Part shown: one piece after another, positions 42,782 to 55,906 of the stretch
How positions within the stretch are numbered: position 1 is the first letter of the stretch
Layout: the number at the start of each line of letters is the position of its first letter
Source of the DNA: Eledone cirrhosa
Lineage: Eukaryota
DNA length: 64,000 nt
Direction: 5' to 3'
Assembly (NCBI GenBank): GCA_964016885.1
Contig: OZ024743.1
Coordinates: 263,996,001 to 264,060,000, forward strand
The notes under the pieces: generated by a model
Database searches by the model: none
What the model was told of the DNA's origin: nothing
The model's input: only the letters and a program-made list of their open reading frames with translations
Program-made: the position numbers and the translations under genes

Positions 42782-42938
42782 GAGGCGGTGAATTGGCAGA
42801 GACCTTAGAACTTCAAATAGAATGACTTGTGTTATTTGTTCCGGATCACTGCACCCTGAGTTTAACTGCCACCGAGGTCAAAATTGCCTTACATTCTTTA
42901 GAGGTCAGTAAAAGAGTTCCTGTCTAGTACTGGTGTCA
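42782..42938 (+). mobile_element. tRNA-derived SINE, diverged
   Basis: GGCGGTGAATTGGCAGA..CTGAGTTTAA..CACCGAGGTCAA..GCCTT. Confidence 0.6.
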
Positions 42939-43195
42939 TTTCTTCCTGTATATCTCTTTCTCACTTCCCCTCTCACTCCCTATTCTTCACTGGGAAAAAA
43001 TCGGCTATATTCAGGCTTGGAGAGGGCATTGTCTTCGTCAGATTTTTAAAATATGCCCAAGAAAAGCTGTATGACACTACAGCGCCCTATATAACTCCAT
43101 CAGTAGTTATGGGTCCATACATACGTACAATATATTTAATTATATTTTGAGAGGTCCCGACATATTTACCCAAGTCAATAAATAAATAAATAAAT

Positions 43196-43372
43196 AATTG
43201 TTTCTACTTTTGGCACAGGGCCAGCAATTACCCAGTACATTACGAGTGATTCATTTTATCTACCCCGTAAGGATGAAAGGCAAAGTTAACCTCGACGGGA
43301 TTTGAACTCAGACCGTAAAGGGACGTAACTATGCTGGAAAGCATGGCGTCCGACCCTCTACCGATACTGCAA
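43196..43372 (-). mobile_element. tRNA-derived SINE
   Basis: Near-identical to 41800-41975. Confidence 0.88.
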
Positions 43373-43682
43373 ATTCAAATAAATAATGGCATACATTTTG
43401 TATGTATATAAATATACAGGTGGTTTTGGGGGACAGTTATATTCTATTTGATCAACCATCTAGTCCAAATGCATGATTGCTACCTGATATACATATTACC
43501 ATTCTAAATCATACTTATCGATCTCGGATGAATGGCAGGCCTTAAACCGGAACAGAATGTTGTTGCCGCTGCTGCTGTTCCATAGTCGGAAAGTCATCCC
43601 CAAATGAAAGAGACTGCGGTAAAAGAAGTTCCAATCGTGATCATCTAATGATTTTTTTCGACGCCGATGTTTTTTTAAGAAG

Positions 43683-43888
43683 TTCTAATTTAAGCACAAG
43701 GCCAGCAATTTCCAGGAGGGGAAAGTCGATTGTTTCGATTCTTGTATTTAATTGGTACTATACCTTATCGACCCCAGAAAGATGAAGGGCAAAGTTAACT
43801 TTGGCGTGATTTGAACTCAGAGTTTATAGAACTGGAAACAAATGCTGCCCCGATTTGTTCGTTGCTCTAACAACTCGGTCAATTCACC
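43683..43888 (-). mobile_element. tRNA-derived SINE, related subfamily
   Basis: GCACAAGGCCAGCAATT..ATCGACCCC..GATGAAGGGCAAAGTTAAC..GATTTGAACTCAG. Confidence 0.75.
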
Positions 43889-44905
43889 TTTCTGTTCTTA
43901 CATAAATAATAAGTATTTCTTTTTACAACACTACACTGTTGTACTTTACGCTTAACACCCCCTCTTTAACTCTAGTTTTCGCTTCCGCCTCTCTCTCTCT
44001 AGCTCACCCTCTTCCCCTCTCTGTAACTTGCCATTTATCTGAATCTGGTCCACTGTTCTTTCCTTCTAAAACTCTCTATCCCCTCTCCCTTTAACTCTGC
44101 CCTCACTTTCACCATATATTTCTCTATCCTCGTTCACTTTTTTGTGTCAGTACGTACGTGTTGCTGTTTTATTTCAAAACTATATAAACAACAAACATAA
44201 CGAATAAGAATGTAGTATCTCAGATTTTGTCCCAGTACTTTTTCTAACTCCGGCAAGTCTCCCCCTCTTTCTCTGGGGTTTCTGTTAATCATCCTTACTG
44301 CCTCTCTCTTTCTCTGTCTATATTTCCTTCCTCCTCTTTCATTTACACAAGTTTCTCATTTTACTCTCACACTATCTGTCCTTCATATATCATTTCTTAT
44401 CCCCCTCCTCCTCCGCTCTCTCTCCATCTTTCAAATACGCAGATATATAATGCTTTTATTGTGATTAAGCGCAAAACACTCTTTCGTTAATGAGTAGATA
44501 ATATGAAAAGTGAAGCGTACATGTTGTTTAGCACTGTGTTAACCCTAATACATCAGACCTATAGATAAAATGTGTCAACTATGAGCACCCGGCATATTGT
44601 TCAGTCAAGTATTCAAGACTATAATAACATTGTCCGTCCCTTTAAAGGCAGTTGGGTGTTATTTATAAGCTGTTTAGCTGCTACTACTTGCCCTAGAAAG
44701 ACCACGTAGGAACACATTTCCTGGTTGGTGACATTGATATTTGTTGTCGCTTAGTTATAGGCAAGCTTTATCGGGCAGATAAATGATCAAAGTCGGACAT
44801 AAATAAAAGTAGGATTATATAATCCAAGGCTTTACTTTTTAAGATGGCATAGTGTGATTTGAGGGTGATGGTGCTGCTATTTTATGCAGGATGTATTAGA
44901 AATGA

Positions 44906-45012
44906 TGCCATTATCTGATGGATATTGCGACCCCCTTAGATCACAATGTAGCTGAAAGGAAAATGGAAAAGGTCAATAAGTATTCAGACCTTGCTGGTGC
45001 TATTAGAATTGA
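44906..45012 (+). mobile_element. RLE endonuclease fragment of an R4/Dong-like element
   Basis: Translates CHYLMDIATPLDHNVAERKMEKVNKYSDLA, matching LIVDVACPFD..EKINRYQDL of family B. Confidence 0.55.
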
Positions 45013-45319
45013 GCACCTTGTTTAGACAGATATCATGTCAATCGACAAGCTTTCTGCCCACAACTAGCTCCAAACGGATTATACACGTTAGCAAACAACA
45101 CGAGCATCACAAGCTAACCCAACACATAGAAACGAAGAAATTAAGTTTACACAATACTCAACCATATATAGAAACAACAAAAAATAACGTATCACATAAA
45201 GAACAAGACCCCCAACTACTCGTTGCCCACATACATACAGATCACACAAATCACACAAAACATAAATTAACACTAAAATTCCCCGATGCAATACAATAAT
45301 ATTTTAACGGAGGTACTTA

Positions 45320-45790
45320 CAACATGCTGGAAAGATGGATAATCCGTATTTTCCACATGAATAGGAAAATGATCCTGCTCACTTTTTCTTTCTGCTACAC
45401 AGGCCACAAGTATGTGATCTGCATAACCGATTTAGATAAGCTTTATAGACAGGAATCCTCTTACTGGAAGCTGAATGTATCCTTTTCAGTGCACAAAACC
45501 TGCAGAGACTAGATTAGTGAGTTAGTTAAGCGAAAGATGACAGGGACAATCGTCAACAGCAGATGGTGGTTCTCTCTAAACAGGGCGGTTAGATTAGAGT
45601 CGATAATATTTAGCAAATTCTCAGCGATAGAGGATACTAGATTAGTGCACGAGTCAGAAACATAGAGGATAACCTTAAGAAAAGCATTGCAACCGATGTG
45701 CCCGGGGCGTACTCTTAGACACATGTGGACGAAATCTGTTTGATGGGACCTAGTGACAGAATCGCGGCATAACAGGAAAGCCACAATCTG
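45320..45790 (+). mobile_element. Degraded fragment of a Tx1-type ORF2 related to 36857-40924
   Basis: GHKYVIC..SYWKLNVSF..NSRWWFSL..SIIFSK versus DHKFVIC..GYWKLNMSF..NNRWWVAL..SIEFSK. Confidence 0.7.
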
Positions 45791-45811
45791 GCCTTTACTA
45801 TCATTATTATT

Positions 45812-46240
45812 AAGGGCGATGGATCGGCAGTATCGGTAGAGAGTCGGATACCATGCTTTCCAGCATAGTTACGTCCCTTTACGGTCTGAGTTCAAATCCC
45901 GCCGAGGTTAACTTTGCCTTTCATCCTTACGGGGTCGATAAAATAAAATACCAGTAATGTACTGAGTAATTGCTGGCCTTGTGCCAAAAGTAGAAACAAT
46001 TATTATTAAAGGCGATGGACTGGCAGTGTCATTGGAGTGTCGGATAATAAACTTTATGGCATAGAGTTACTGCCTTTTACGCTCTTCTTTAAAATTTCGC
46101 TGAGGTTAGCTTTGCCTTTCATTTTTTTTTATTTCGATAAAATAAAGCACCTGCAATGTTCTGCGGCCAATTTAATTAACATTACCCTCCCCTCAAAAAT
46201 TGTTGGCCTTGTACCTAAATTAGAAAGCATTATTATTATT
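45812..46240 (+). mobile_element. Two tandem tRNA-derived SINEs (45812-46005, 46010-46240)
   Basis: Both begin GGCGATGGA..GGCAGT and end GGCCTTGT..AAA..AGAAA..ATTATTATT. Confidence 0.85.
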
Positions 46241-46649
46241 TTCTATATCGGGTAATGAATACTTGTCTCAGACAGCAGTTGGAAAGGAGCTTATGAAGTC
46301 ACCTTGGGATTAACAAGAAGCTGTGTACATAACTGAAACAAACCGAACATGATACTTTTTTAGCTTTGAAAAGTGGCCTGATAAATGTTTATTTTACATT
46401 GAAGGCTGGAGTCGCAAATATTTACGCATATAAATGAATACATACACTTGTACATATAAATTCGTGGTTTAATACATATTCGTAAAATAAACAGTCAATG
46501 TTACAAATATACATATATTAAATATAAATATAAAGATACACATTCACACACACATTCATTTCTTTATATATATTTTGAATGTTCATATGAGCATTAATTC
46601 AAAGTCAGAGAGGAGAAAATTAAAAAAAGATGACTACAGACTACAACAA

Positions 46650-47200
46650 GGAAGGCTGTTGATGCTCTCTAAATATTTCCAGTCACTCATTCCATTCGGC
46701 TGAGGACGAGTCGTCCAACAGCTACGCCGTAACATTTAGAATATTAGAAAGACCAAAAGCGTGGTCGACAGAATTATCTCATATTAATGAAACATTTATA
46801 TTCCATATGTTGAAAAATTGTTTACTACCAACTTTTGAAATTAGAATTCAAACTATAAAGCAATTTTCAACTCAGACTCAATGCAACTCAACATGGTGAT
46901 ACGGTTAACATATGTGAGGGGTTCTTTTTCGGATAATTTCAATATTTAGTTTTAAGCTTAAATTCTCAGGAAGTTATAAAAATATATTTGGTTTCACCAC
47001 CATGATCCTGCTATATGATAAGCGTGAGTGTGGCCCGATGAGGTAATGCCGTGTTATATGCATTTTACTACATAAAACTCTTTTAGTGTTCTAATTAGAT
47101 TAAACTACGTGAAATTCAATGTATTAACACTCTAAACTACATATGTTTGGGCGAGTTCATCAAATTCATTCTAAACAGTTTCCTCTCATAATGAGAAATA
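46650..47200 (+). mobile_element. Possible highly degraded mariner transposase remnant
   Basis: TGGTTTCACCACCATGATCCT (WFHHHDP, compare TxDETWxHHYDP) and an upstream RGR-like piece; no continuous ORF. Confidence 0.25.
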
Positions 47201-47559
47201 TTTTAGCATTAATATTCTCATTGCTATTACATAAGTCCAACGGTCAACCTGTTTATTGATTTGTAGCAGTATACTTTTGGTTTCAAAAGTATGTCCCTGG
47301 CAGAAACAACAGAGATATTCTTATTAGAGTATATTATGTAATGAAATAGGTTATGGAAATCTAGTCGCCGTATTTTTAATTTATATATATATATATATAT
47401 TAGGATTGGTGCTCTGAAATAGCGATGTATACATGAATGTATGTATAGTATATTTGGCAATATACCGTATGTTTAATTAAAAACATTTTGAAGACCTTAC
47501 GCTATCATTTTTAAAGTAGTGACTATGTCACTTACTTCTTTTCGGTGAAAGAAGGGAGA

Positions 47560-47604
47560 GAAGCAAACAGTCTGTTTCATGATGTTGGCAATCATCAGAG
47601 CTAC
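47560..47604 (-). ncRNA. Type I hammerhead ribozyme motif (inverted copy)
   Basis: Minus strand GTAGCT-CTGATGA-TTGCCAACATCAT-GAAA-CAGACTG-TT-TGCTTC. Confidence 0.6.
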
Positions 47605-47941
47605 GTACTGCCCTCTTCCTCCGAAAATTATAGAAGCTGGATTCTTATAGAATTCAAATAATAGTTAGGAGCTGAATATACAGAGCGATTGCCGGTCCAG
47701 CAAAAATTAAGTATTAGGATTGGTGCTCTGAAATAGTATATTTGGCAATATACCGTATGTTTAATTAAAAACATTTTGAAAACCTTACGCTATCATTTTT
47801 AAAGTAGTGACTATTTCAGAGCAAAATATCCTAATGCCTAATTTTTGCTGGACCGGCATCACTCTGTATAATCAGCTCCTCATTATTACTGGAATTCTAT
47901 AAGAATCCAGCTACTATAATTTTCGGCGGAATGGGCAGTAC

Positions 47942-47986
47942 GTAGCTCTGATGATTGCCAACAGCATGAAACAGACTGCTAGCTGC
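47942..47986 (+). ncRNA. Type I hammerhead ribozyme motif
   Basis: GTAGCT-CTGATGA-TTGC CAACA GCAT-GAAA-CAG A CTG-CT-AGCTGC; 6-bp helix I; the triplet is mutated in this copy. Confidence 0.65.
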
Positions 47987-48108
47987 TCTGCCTTGTTTCG
48001 CCGGAAAGAAGTAAGTGATATAGTCACTACTTTAAAAATGATAGCGTAAGGTCTTCAAAATGTTTTAAGTTAAACATACGGTATATTGCCAAATATACTA
48101 TGCATACA

Positions 48109-48153
<45 letters not shown>

Positions 48154-48179
48154 GGGGTGGGTGCGCACTACCATACTGT

Positions 48180-48360
48180 ATGATAATATTAACATGATGC
48201 ACCGATGGTTATCTTAAGGGGACGTATTTCTCTTAAATGTATGTAATCAAATGTGTTTTGACAATTTAGCCACCGTACCTTTTAATAAGATATATTACCG
48301 GAGTTTTATGATAGTATTAACATGATGCATGGATTGTTATCTTAAGGGGGTGCATTTCTC
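48180..48360. repeat. Diverged direct repeat of about 53 bp
   Basis: ATGATARTATTAACATGATGCA..GTTATCTTAAGGGG..ATTTCTC at 48180 and 48308. Confidence 0.65.
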
Positions 48361-49095
48361 CGAGATTTATGCCTGCGTTTAATGTCTCTAGCGATAGAAA
48401 TGAGATGTAAAATTAGGTGTTGTTATGGATTATTTAGTGTTATGCCTGCATTTAGTATATGAATATACTCCTATGCATTATATCATAGCATAATCAAATA
48501 ATTCCATTAGCATCGTTCTTCAAATTTCATTTGTTGAAACGTGTTCGCCGAATACAAATATCTGAATTTCCTTCAGAATATCTGAACTTATCATTTGAAT
48601 GCTCTGAGTATAACACTCGTAAAATAACCCGGATCTGTTTATCCACCGAGTTACACCCTGGAGGAATCTGATAGATCAATTTGATGAATGTTGAGAAATT
48701 TAACTTTAAATTTCTTGGCACAATTTTATCAAACTAATCTTTATACATATGCACATATATAAAGTATGGCCCCGTAACTCGTGATGGAGCCGTAGGGGTG
48801 CCGTTGTGTAAAACGACGTTTCTCAGACATTTTAGAGCTGGTGGAACCCATTTGATCATCATGTCTGAACACATCGGATTTCTACCAGCAAAAGAGTAGG
48901 AGTGAAAGAGATGATGTGATAAATATATATAGAGGAAGAATCGACCTCAGTACAGGACTGGTATTCTTTTACCAACCTCTAAAAAATGAAATGCCACGCT
49001 GAGTTTGGCGAGATTTGGACTTTAAGTCTAGAGAACCGATTTTCTAACGAATCTGCCTACTCACTCTATACATACATATATATATATATATATAT

Positions 49096-49133
<38 letters not shown>

Positions 49134-49149
49134 GTATATATATATATAT

Positions 49150-49370
49150 GAAGGTGTGTGGCTGAGTCGTTAGAGAATTGAATTCGCAATCGTGAGGTTG
49201 TCAGTTCGATTCCTGGACCAGAAGATGCGTTATGCCCATGAGCAAGACACTATATTTCACGTTGCTCCTTCTTCTACCTGGAGTTGCAACCGATAGATAG
49301 TATTAGCAATTGGAAAGACCAACGGAAACATTGTTTCCTCGGTCCGATTTGACGAAAGTCTATCGTTCCA
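49150..49370 (+). mobile_element. Second tRNA-derived SINE family
   Basis: TGGCTGAGTCGTTAG (A-box-like), GTTCGATTCC (B-box) and a TGAGCAAGACAC CORE-like motif. Confidence 0.7.
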
Positions 49371-49696
49371 TATATATATATAGTAATAATAATAAATTTG
49401 AAGACAAAAATCCAAAGAGGGCTCGATAAGGATAATATATATCAGATATATAAGAACCGTAGAGCAAATATTTATTAAAATAACAGATTAAAGTTTAAGC
49501 AAAGAATCGCTGCTTTCACCCTTAACGGGATCTTATATATATATAAATTACACACTAATTACACACGACTCTGTAAAACATCTCATGTATTTACATTGAG
49601 CTATTTTTATTACTGATAATAAGGTAGGAATGAATTAATGACCTTTCCTGTTTATAGTTATATATAGTGTATACATAACTATAAATAATATTATTA

Positions 49697-49866
49697 TGGC
49701 AGTATCGGTAGAGGGTTTGACGCCATGCTTTCTAGCATAGTTACGTCCCTTTACAGTTCAAATCCCGCCGAGGTTAACTTAGCCTTTCATTCTTACGGGG
49801 TCGATAACATAAAGTACCAGTAATGTACTGGGTTATTGCTGGCCTTGTGCCTAGAGTAGAAACAAA
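49697..49866 (+). mobile_element. tRNA-derived SINE
   Basis: Same family as 45812-46005. Confidence 0.85.
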
Positions 49867-50002
49867 TATATATATATGTATATATATATAACGGCGATGA
49901 ATTAGTTTTGCGAGGTTTTTTATATGAAATCGTGTGTCGAAACAAATATTGTTATACTTGGGGAGGGTCATATTTGTGTAATATTGCCAGAATTAATAAC
50001 AG

Positions 50003-52103
50003 ATGTCAATAGATAGCATGCTGAACTACATCAAGGCTATGCAACCCCACATCACCAACACGATCGAAATTGCACAACAAACACACGATGGGAGAGAGAA
50101 AATACTCAACGCTCACATGATGATGTGGACTTACATCCTAAAGCCAAGCAGACGCACTGCCAACAACTTCCAGGCGTCTAACAATGGCATACCACCCTTG
50201 TATGGGCTCCGCAAAGACCACAAGACAGTCGACGACCCGACAACAGGACCACCAACAAGACCCGTATGCGGAGCTAATATAGCTAGTAACTACAGGATCT
50301 CCTACTTCCTCTCAATGGTTATGCGCCCCATAATCAAGATGTCCCCGGATATATGTGACAGTACAGAGGACCTCCTCAGCAGTATCAGTGAGTACAAAAA
50401 AACAGGAACCTATCTAACTGCATAATAGGCAGCATGGATGTGGTGTCACTGTACCCATCCATTAACATTGATGTTGCTGTGAAAAAATGTGTGGAGATGA
50501 TCATTGAGAGTGAGGTGGAGTTCTGCGACGTCGACACAGACGAACTGGGCCTCCTACTTAGACTTACCTACGACACTGACTACCTAGACAGCCATTACCA
50601 TAGACGTTTCTGCCCTAGTAGACCCATAAGAGGTAGACCCCCCACCATAACCTCTATGGCAAAAAAGACTCCCATGGGAAGGTGGATTGGGTGGACCAAA
50701 GCTATACGGACCCCCAAAACAATGATCAAGTAAGAAAAATGGTCGCACATGCAATAGGGGCTAGTATCAAAACTAGCCTCAAGGGCCACATATTTAAGTT
50801 CAACGAGAAGATCTACACCCAAAATGAAGGAGCAGCCATTGGCGTCAGCATAGCTGGTGATGTTGCCAACCTTTTCATGGTATGGTGGGAAAGGAGACTT
50901 AACGATCTCCTTAATGAGAGCTCCATAGACCTCATCATGTACTCTCGTTATGTAGACGATATCAATATAGTTATAAGAACATCCCCACTAGAGAGCACTG
51001 ACAAGTTTGATTTAGAACGTAGCACAATGGAAAGCATCCAGCAGATAGCTAATTCCATACACCAGAATATAACTGTAACTATCGACAAGCATTCCAAACA
51101 CCCTAACAATAGACTACCTGTATTAGACACAGAACTCTGGATTAACACTATAGACGAGAGAGCCCAAATTCTCCACTCACACCATGCTAAACCCATGGCC
51201 TCCAAATACCTGATACTCAAAAACTCAGCAATGTCCAGTAGTGCTAAGTTTAATATTCTGATCGCAGATTTGGTACGAGTGATGAAGAATGTGTCCCGCA
51301 TGTGCGACCCAACAGAAATGGAAAGACACATCCAACACTTCATCAACCGCATGCAGTTCTCTGGCTACAACCAAAGAGACAGAGTCAGAGTATACGAAGG
51401 AGCCATGGAGAAGTATAAGACCCTCATAGAACTGGACATGAAAGGAATTTGCCCATTATACAGGAACAAATCATGGAATAGCTTAGATAGGGATAGACAT
51501 AAGATAGGGAAAGCCACCTCATGGTACGACAACCAGAGATACCAGAGTGTCATGTTTGTGGACGCTACCTCTGGAGGGAAATTAGCTAACCAGTGTAGAA
51601 AGGCCCTGAGAAAGACCCACTTAAAAATTAAGGTGGTAGAAAAGCCAGGAACCACCATAAAATCCTTGATCAGCAAAACCTACCCTTTTAAGAAAACCCA
51701 CTGTACCAATAGGAAATGTATCATATGTAAGGTAAACCCCCGGATAAACTGTAAAACTAGAAACGTAGTCTATAGCATAAGATGTACAGAGGGTACCTGC
51801 AGAAACATGACAACAACATACATAGGTGAGACAGCTCGTAGCATAGGTGAAAGGATAGACCAACACTGGGGGGAACTAAAAGGACGAAAAAACGGGTCAG
51901 TACTATACGAACATGCCAGACAACAACATGACGGTAGCATAGACAACATAGAAATTAGAATATCTAAACATAGAAATGACCCAGCAGATAGGCAAATCAG
52001 AGAGGCCAGTGAAATAGAACTTAGAAGACCAAGACTAAACAGAAAGAATGAATGGAATAACAACAACACCCAAACAAACAACACTGACCCAAGAGAAGTA
52101 TAA
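50003..52103 (+). pseudogene. Frameshifted PLE RT-GIY-YIG ORF
   Basis: ORFs 50003-50425, 50434-50733 and 50682-52103 join through two frameshifts. Confidence 0.88.
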
Positions 52104-52357
52104 ATAAGTAAATAAAATAAAATAAAATAAATAAATAAATAAATACATACACAAGCACAATAACAACAAACACATAAACACACATTAGTCACCCAATCAC
52201 GAACACACATCACATATCAAACAAAACACTATACACACACGCAAACGCATGCGCAAAGAAGACAAAATAAAATAAACAAACAAGCAAATAAATAAATAAA
52301 TATATAGACAGACTGAATAAAAATGGCGTAGCCATACAATTCAACAGGAGGAAACAA

Positions 52358-52422
52358 TAGCACCACTGACGATGTTGCAGATGTGCAACGAAAGATTTAT
52401 GATAAACTATATATATGTGTTT
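52358..52422 (+). ncRNA. Hammerhead ribozyme-like motif in the PLE 3' terminal repeat
   Basis: CTGACGA(52366)-T-GTTGCA GATG TGCAAC-GAAA-GATTTAT G ATAAACT-A; helix I is weak. Confidence 0.55.
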
Positions 52423-53432
52423 GTGTCTATATTGTATCTGTATTATTTTTGACCGTCGGTCAGTCAATGGCAACATTGAGGACCGAGTATATTAGGTTAC
52501 CGATATAAAAGACACAAGCGAAAAGCGAAAGCCAACCAAACAGTGAGTGTGTTCTGTTATTATTTCTGGCAATATTACACAAATATGACCCTCCCCAAGT
52601 ATAACAATATATATATATATATATATATGGTTATATTTAGGAATCTGCTACAATGAAAATTGGGTTATAAATATTAAGGAAACAAAATCATTTGAAGAGA
52701 GTTGAAGGGCTGTGTGGAAAAGAGGAAGAAAAAAGTAAAAAAGAAAGAAATGCAGATAATGTTACTTCTGAATTATATATTAGTCCCTAAACTTCTTTTT
52801 TCATTATTCCTTCCTCTCCTCGACTCAACCTCACACCTTGTTTTTTTCACTGAATGCTTCTTGCCTGAACTCCAACTGTATTGTAGCGACATCCTAAACT
52901 AAACAAATTTTCACATTCCACAATTTTCTTTTGAATCGTTTACGTTTTTACATTTGAAAAGGCGGATAATCCTGAAAAATATGTTGAAATATATTACGTA
53001 AACTATTACTTTGTTTTGTGTTATATGTCATCTTTGCCCTTTATATATTTCTACCACCTTGTGGCTAATTCAAACACACGCACCAATGATTTTTGCTTCG
53101 TTCTTTATTATCATTCAGATGCAAAATACGTTCTTCGGTTGATTAAGCAACCCGGTGGTTATTTAATTGTGAAACTATTTTGTCACACAATCTGTGACTT
53201 TCTCAATAATCATTTTCACCTTAATTGAAGATCACATAATATGACAGAAAAGAGCTTTGACAGTTAGATAACCCCCTAGCTATAAATGCAAATGATAAAT
53301 GGATTAGTAATCTGAACAATAATACAACGCGAAGTGAGACTCACGTATTTATATTGACGTCATCACCATAACATATAATAAGAAGCAAGATAAATGAAAA
53401 AAATAAAAATAAAAATAAATAATAATAATAAT

Positions 53433-53630
53433 CCAGGATTTAAAATGGGAATTAAAAAGAATTTGGGACTCTCGTGAGATCAAGGTCATAGGAACACTAG
53501 GTACTATCTCGAAGAGTCCAGCCCACTTTTGTGAAGCACTTCAAAAGGGAATAGCAAGAACCCTCCGTTACGTCCTGAATATCTAAGGCTGCAGGTAGCG
53601 GCTTGAAGTTCATTTGAACAAACTTTCCCA
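53433..53630 (+). mobile_element. 3' fragment of Dong family B, preceded by (TAA)n
   Basis: CAGGATTTAAAATGGGA..ACGTCCTGAATATCTAAGGCTGCAGGTAG..CAAACTTTCCCA matches 10745-10990. Confidence 0.8.
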
Positions 53631-53639
53631 CCGGCTTGA

Positions 53640-54000
53640 GTCTGGTTGGCATTGTATACATTGTTGTGCCGTGTTAGCTCATTAGCAGAGTGACACATTT
53701 TGCTATGGCTTCGTAACCCAGCTTTTGACATACACGTCCGCATTGCCCACACGTAAGAGTTTCTTTGAGACATCGTTCTGGGAGTGGCCTAACACCCCTC
53801 ATACATGTAGCTGTTCGTTTCACTTCGCCACTGGCACTCTGTTTCATTTCAAATTCATCAACACTGTCAGAAATGAGATTTCACCACTGAGCTCTATCGG
53901 TTGCAAGAGTTTCCCATCTTTGCGAGTTGAAGCGCGTGTGTGGTTTGCACCGTAAGCCTTTGCCTTGCTCAATTCGCCATACAAAATTTACTTGGGAATT
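53640..54000 (-). mobile_element. RTE-like 3' fragment with a C2H2-like finger
   Basis: Minus strand CGQCGRVC / SKAGLRSH, typical of RTE C-termini. Confidence 0.5.
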
Positions 54001-54435
54001 CTTCTGTAATGTAGGCGTACTATATGACATATATACCTGCCTGCCTACCTATATACACACATAACTACATACATACATATATTCATGCATACATATATAC
54101 ATACATATATAAGTACATATATACATTCTTACACGCAAACATACATACATACATATATACATACACGCATTCATACATTCATGCACCCAAAGAAATAAGA
54201 ACGACTGTGCAAATTGGGGTGTTCCCGAATAAATAATACGTTAATCAACAAAATCAGTAACCTATGATAAGTATTCTATGAAAAAGATACTGCTATCATT
54301 ACCATGATGAACGAGTAAATTGTCAGTTATGTGATTAATAGTTATTTCCCGCTAAAGCAGCAAACGGGTTGACCCGTTAAATAGCTTCGAATGAAAAAAA
54401 AACCAAACGCGTGATATAATAGCTTGAATTAGGAG

Positions 54436-54555
<120 letters not shown>

Positions 54556-54613
54556 TGTGTGTGTGTGTGTTTTGTGTGTGTGAGTGTGAGTGTGTGTGTT
54601 TTGTGTGTGTGAG

Positions 54614-54647
<34 letters not shown>

Positions 54648-55251
54648 AGTAAATATGTATATATTTACAATATATACATATTTACATGTGTATATATACA
54701 GACATATACATACACATATATATATAGGTATATATATACGTATACATATATACTGTATATATATATACTCTCTTACTGCTAACCCGCTCGCTCTGTTTCT
54801 CTCACCTTCTTTCGACCCCTCTGTCAGTTACACTTTCTCTCGAATGACCTCTTCCTCGCACTTCCACTCACTCACTCTCTGTTTCTCCCCTTCTCACTTC
54901 CTCCCGTTTGGCTTGTGTGGGTCTCGTTTTGCTCACATCTCACACAACAACACGGTTTGTACCTCTCTCGCTCATGAAATTCACCCAGTTTATGCTGAAC
55001 GGACAACCATGTTGCTTGTTCATTTTCCTGTCTTCGGTTTGCTTTTATCCTTCTATTTTGTTTACTTGTCCCCCTCGCGTTACACGAATTCTGGTCCCAA
55101 TAACTTTTTTTATTTATTGCTCGCACCAACCTGAGGTATCTGATTTTAATGCGATGAAATACCAATGATGGTTGGAAAATCACTGACGAAGGACTATTTT
55201 AATCATATGTAACCCATGTGCAAACCACGCAGTATTCTTCTTTCTTCTCAT

Positions 55252-55296
<45 letters not shown>

Positions 55297-55381
55297 AATT
55301 CGTGCACACACACACACACACACATATATATCTATATATATATTTAAAACAAATAGAGGTGTGACACACGAGTTGTGATAT

Positions 55382-55678
55382 AAAAAGGGAAAGAGAATGC
55401 TGACAATTTTTTCCCAGTGAAAAATAGTTTAATTAGGAATAAGTAAAAATTAGTAATATGTATTAGTTAGTATTCAGTTTTAGTTTTAAGTTTTTACCTG
55501 TTGCGCATTTCTTATGCTTTTCAAAAATAATTTTGAGATAGAGTGCCCGTGATTTTTACTCCACAAGCACTGTATCTCTAAATTATTTTTGAAAAGCATA
55601 AGAAAAAACCGGTATACTTATTCCTAATTAAACTATTTTTCACTGGGAAAATTTTGTCAGTACTTTTTTTCCTTTTTA
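55382..55678. repeat. Fold-back element with nested inverted repeats
   Basis: Outer arms about 55382-55446 / 55614-55678; inner arms about 55508-55547 / 55567-55606. Confidence 0.75.
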
Positions 55679-55739
55679 CTAATATATATATATATGTGTA
55701 TGTCTGTGTGTGTGTGTGTGTGTTTTATATGTACATATG

Positions 55740-55770
<31 letters not shown>

Positions 55771-55851
55771 GTATATATATGTATGTGTGTGTATATGTGT
55801 ATGTATATATGTATGTAAATGTATATATGTATGTAAATGTATATATGTATG

Positions 55852-55906
<55 letters not shown>

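Larger units (their letters stand above)
47401..48112. mobile_element. ORF-less retrozyme-like element: about 314-bp unit in tandem plus inverted arrangement, one HHR per full unit
   Basis: TAGGATTGGTGCTCTGAAATAG at 47401 and 47715; 47813-48112 is the reverse complement of about 47432-47736; (TA)n on both sides. Confidence 0.82.
49946..52610 (+). mobile_element. Penelope-like element (RT, Cys-rich linker, C-terminal GIY-YIG), 5'-truncated with an inverted copy of its 3' end
   Basis: LYGLRKDHK, MDVVSLYPSI, SRYVDDI, HCxxxxCxxC, NVVYSIRC..YIGETARS; inverted repeat 49946-50002 / 52553-52610; followed by (TA)n. Confidence 0.92.

Noticed and set aside
41800-49866. tRNA genes suggested by A/B boxes
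   Set aside because: The boxes belong to multi-copy SINE heads; I saw no complete cloverleaf.
55180-55240. CTGACGA box near a (TA)n
   Set aside because: No GAAA box or helix II partner.
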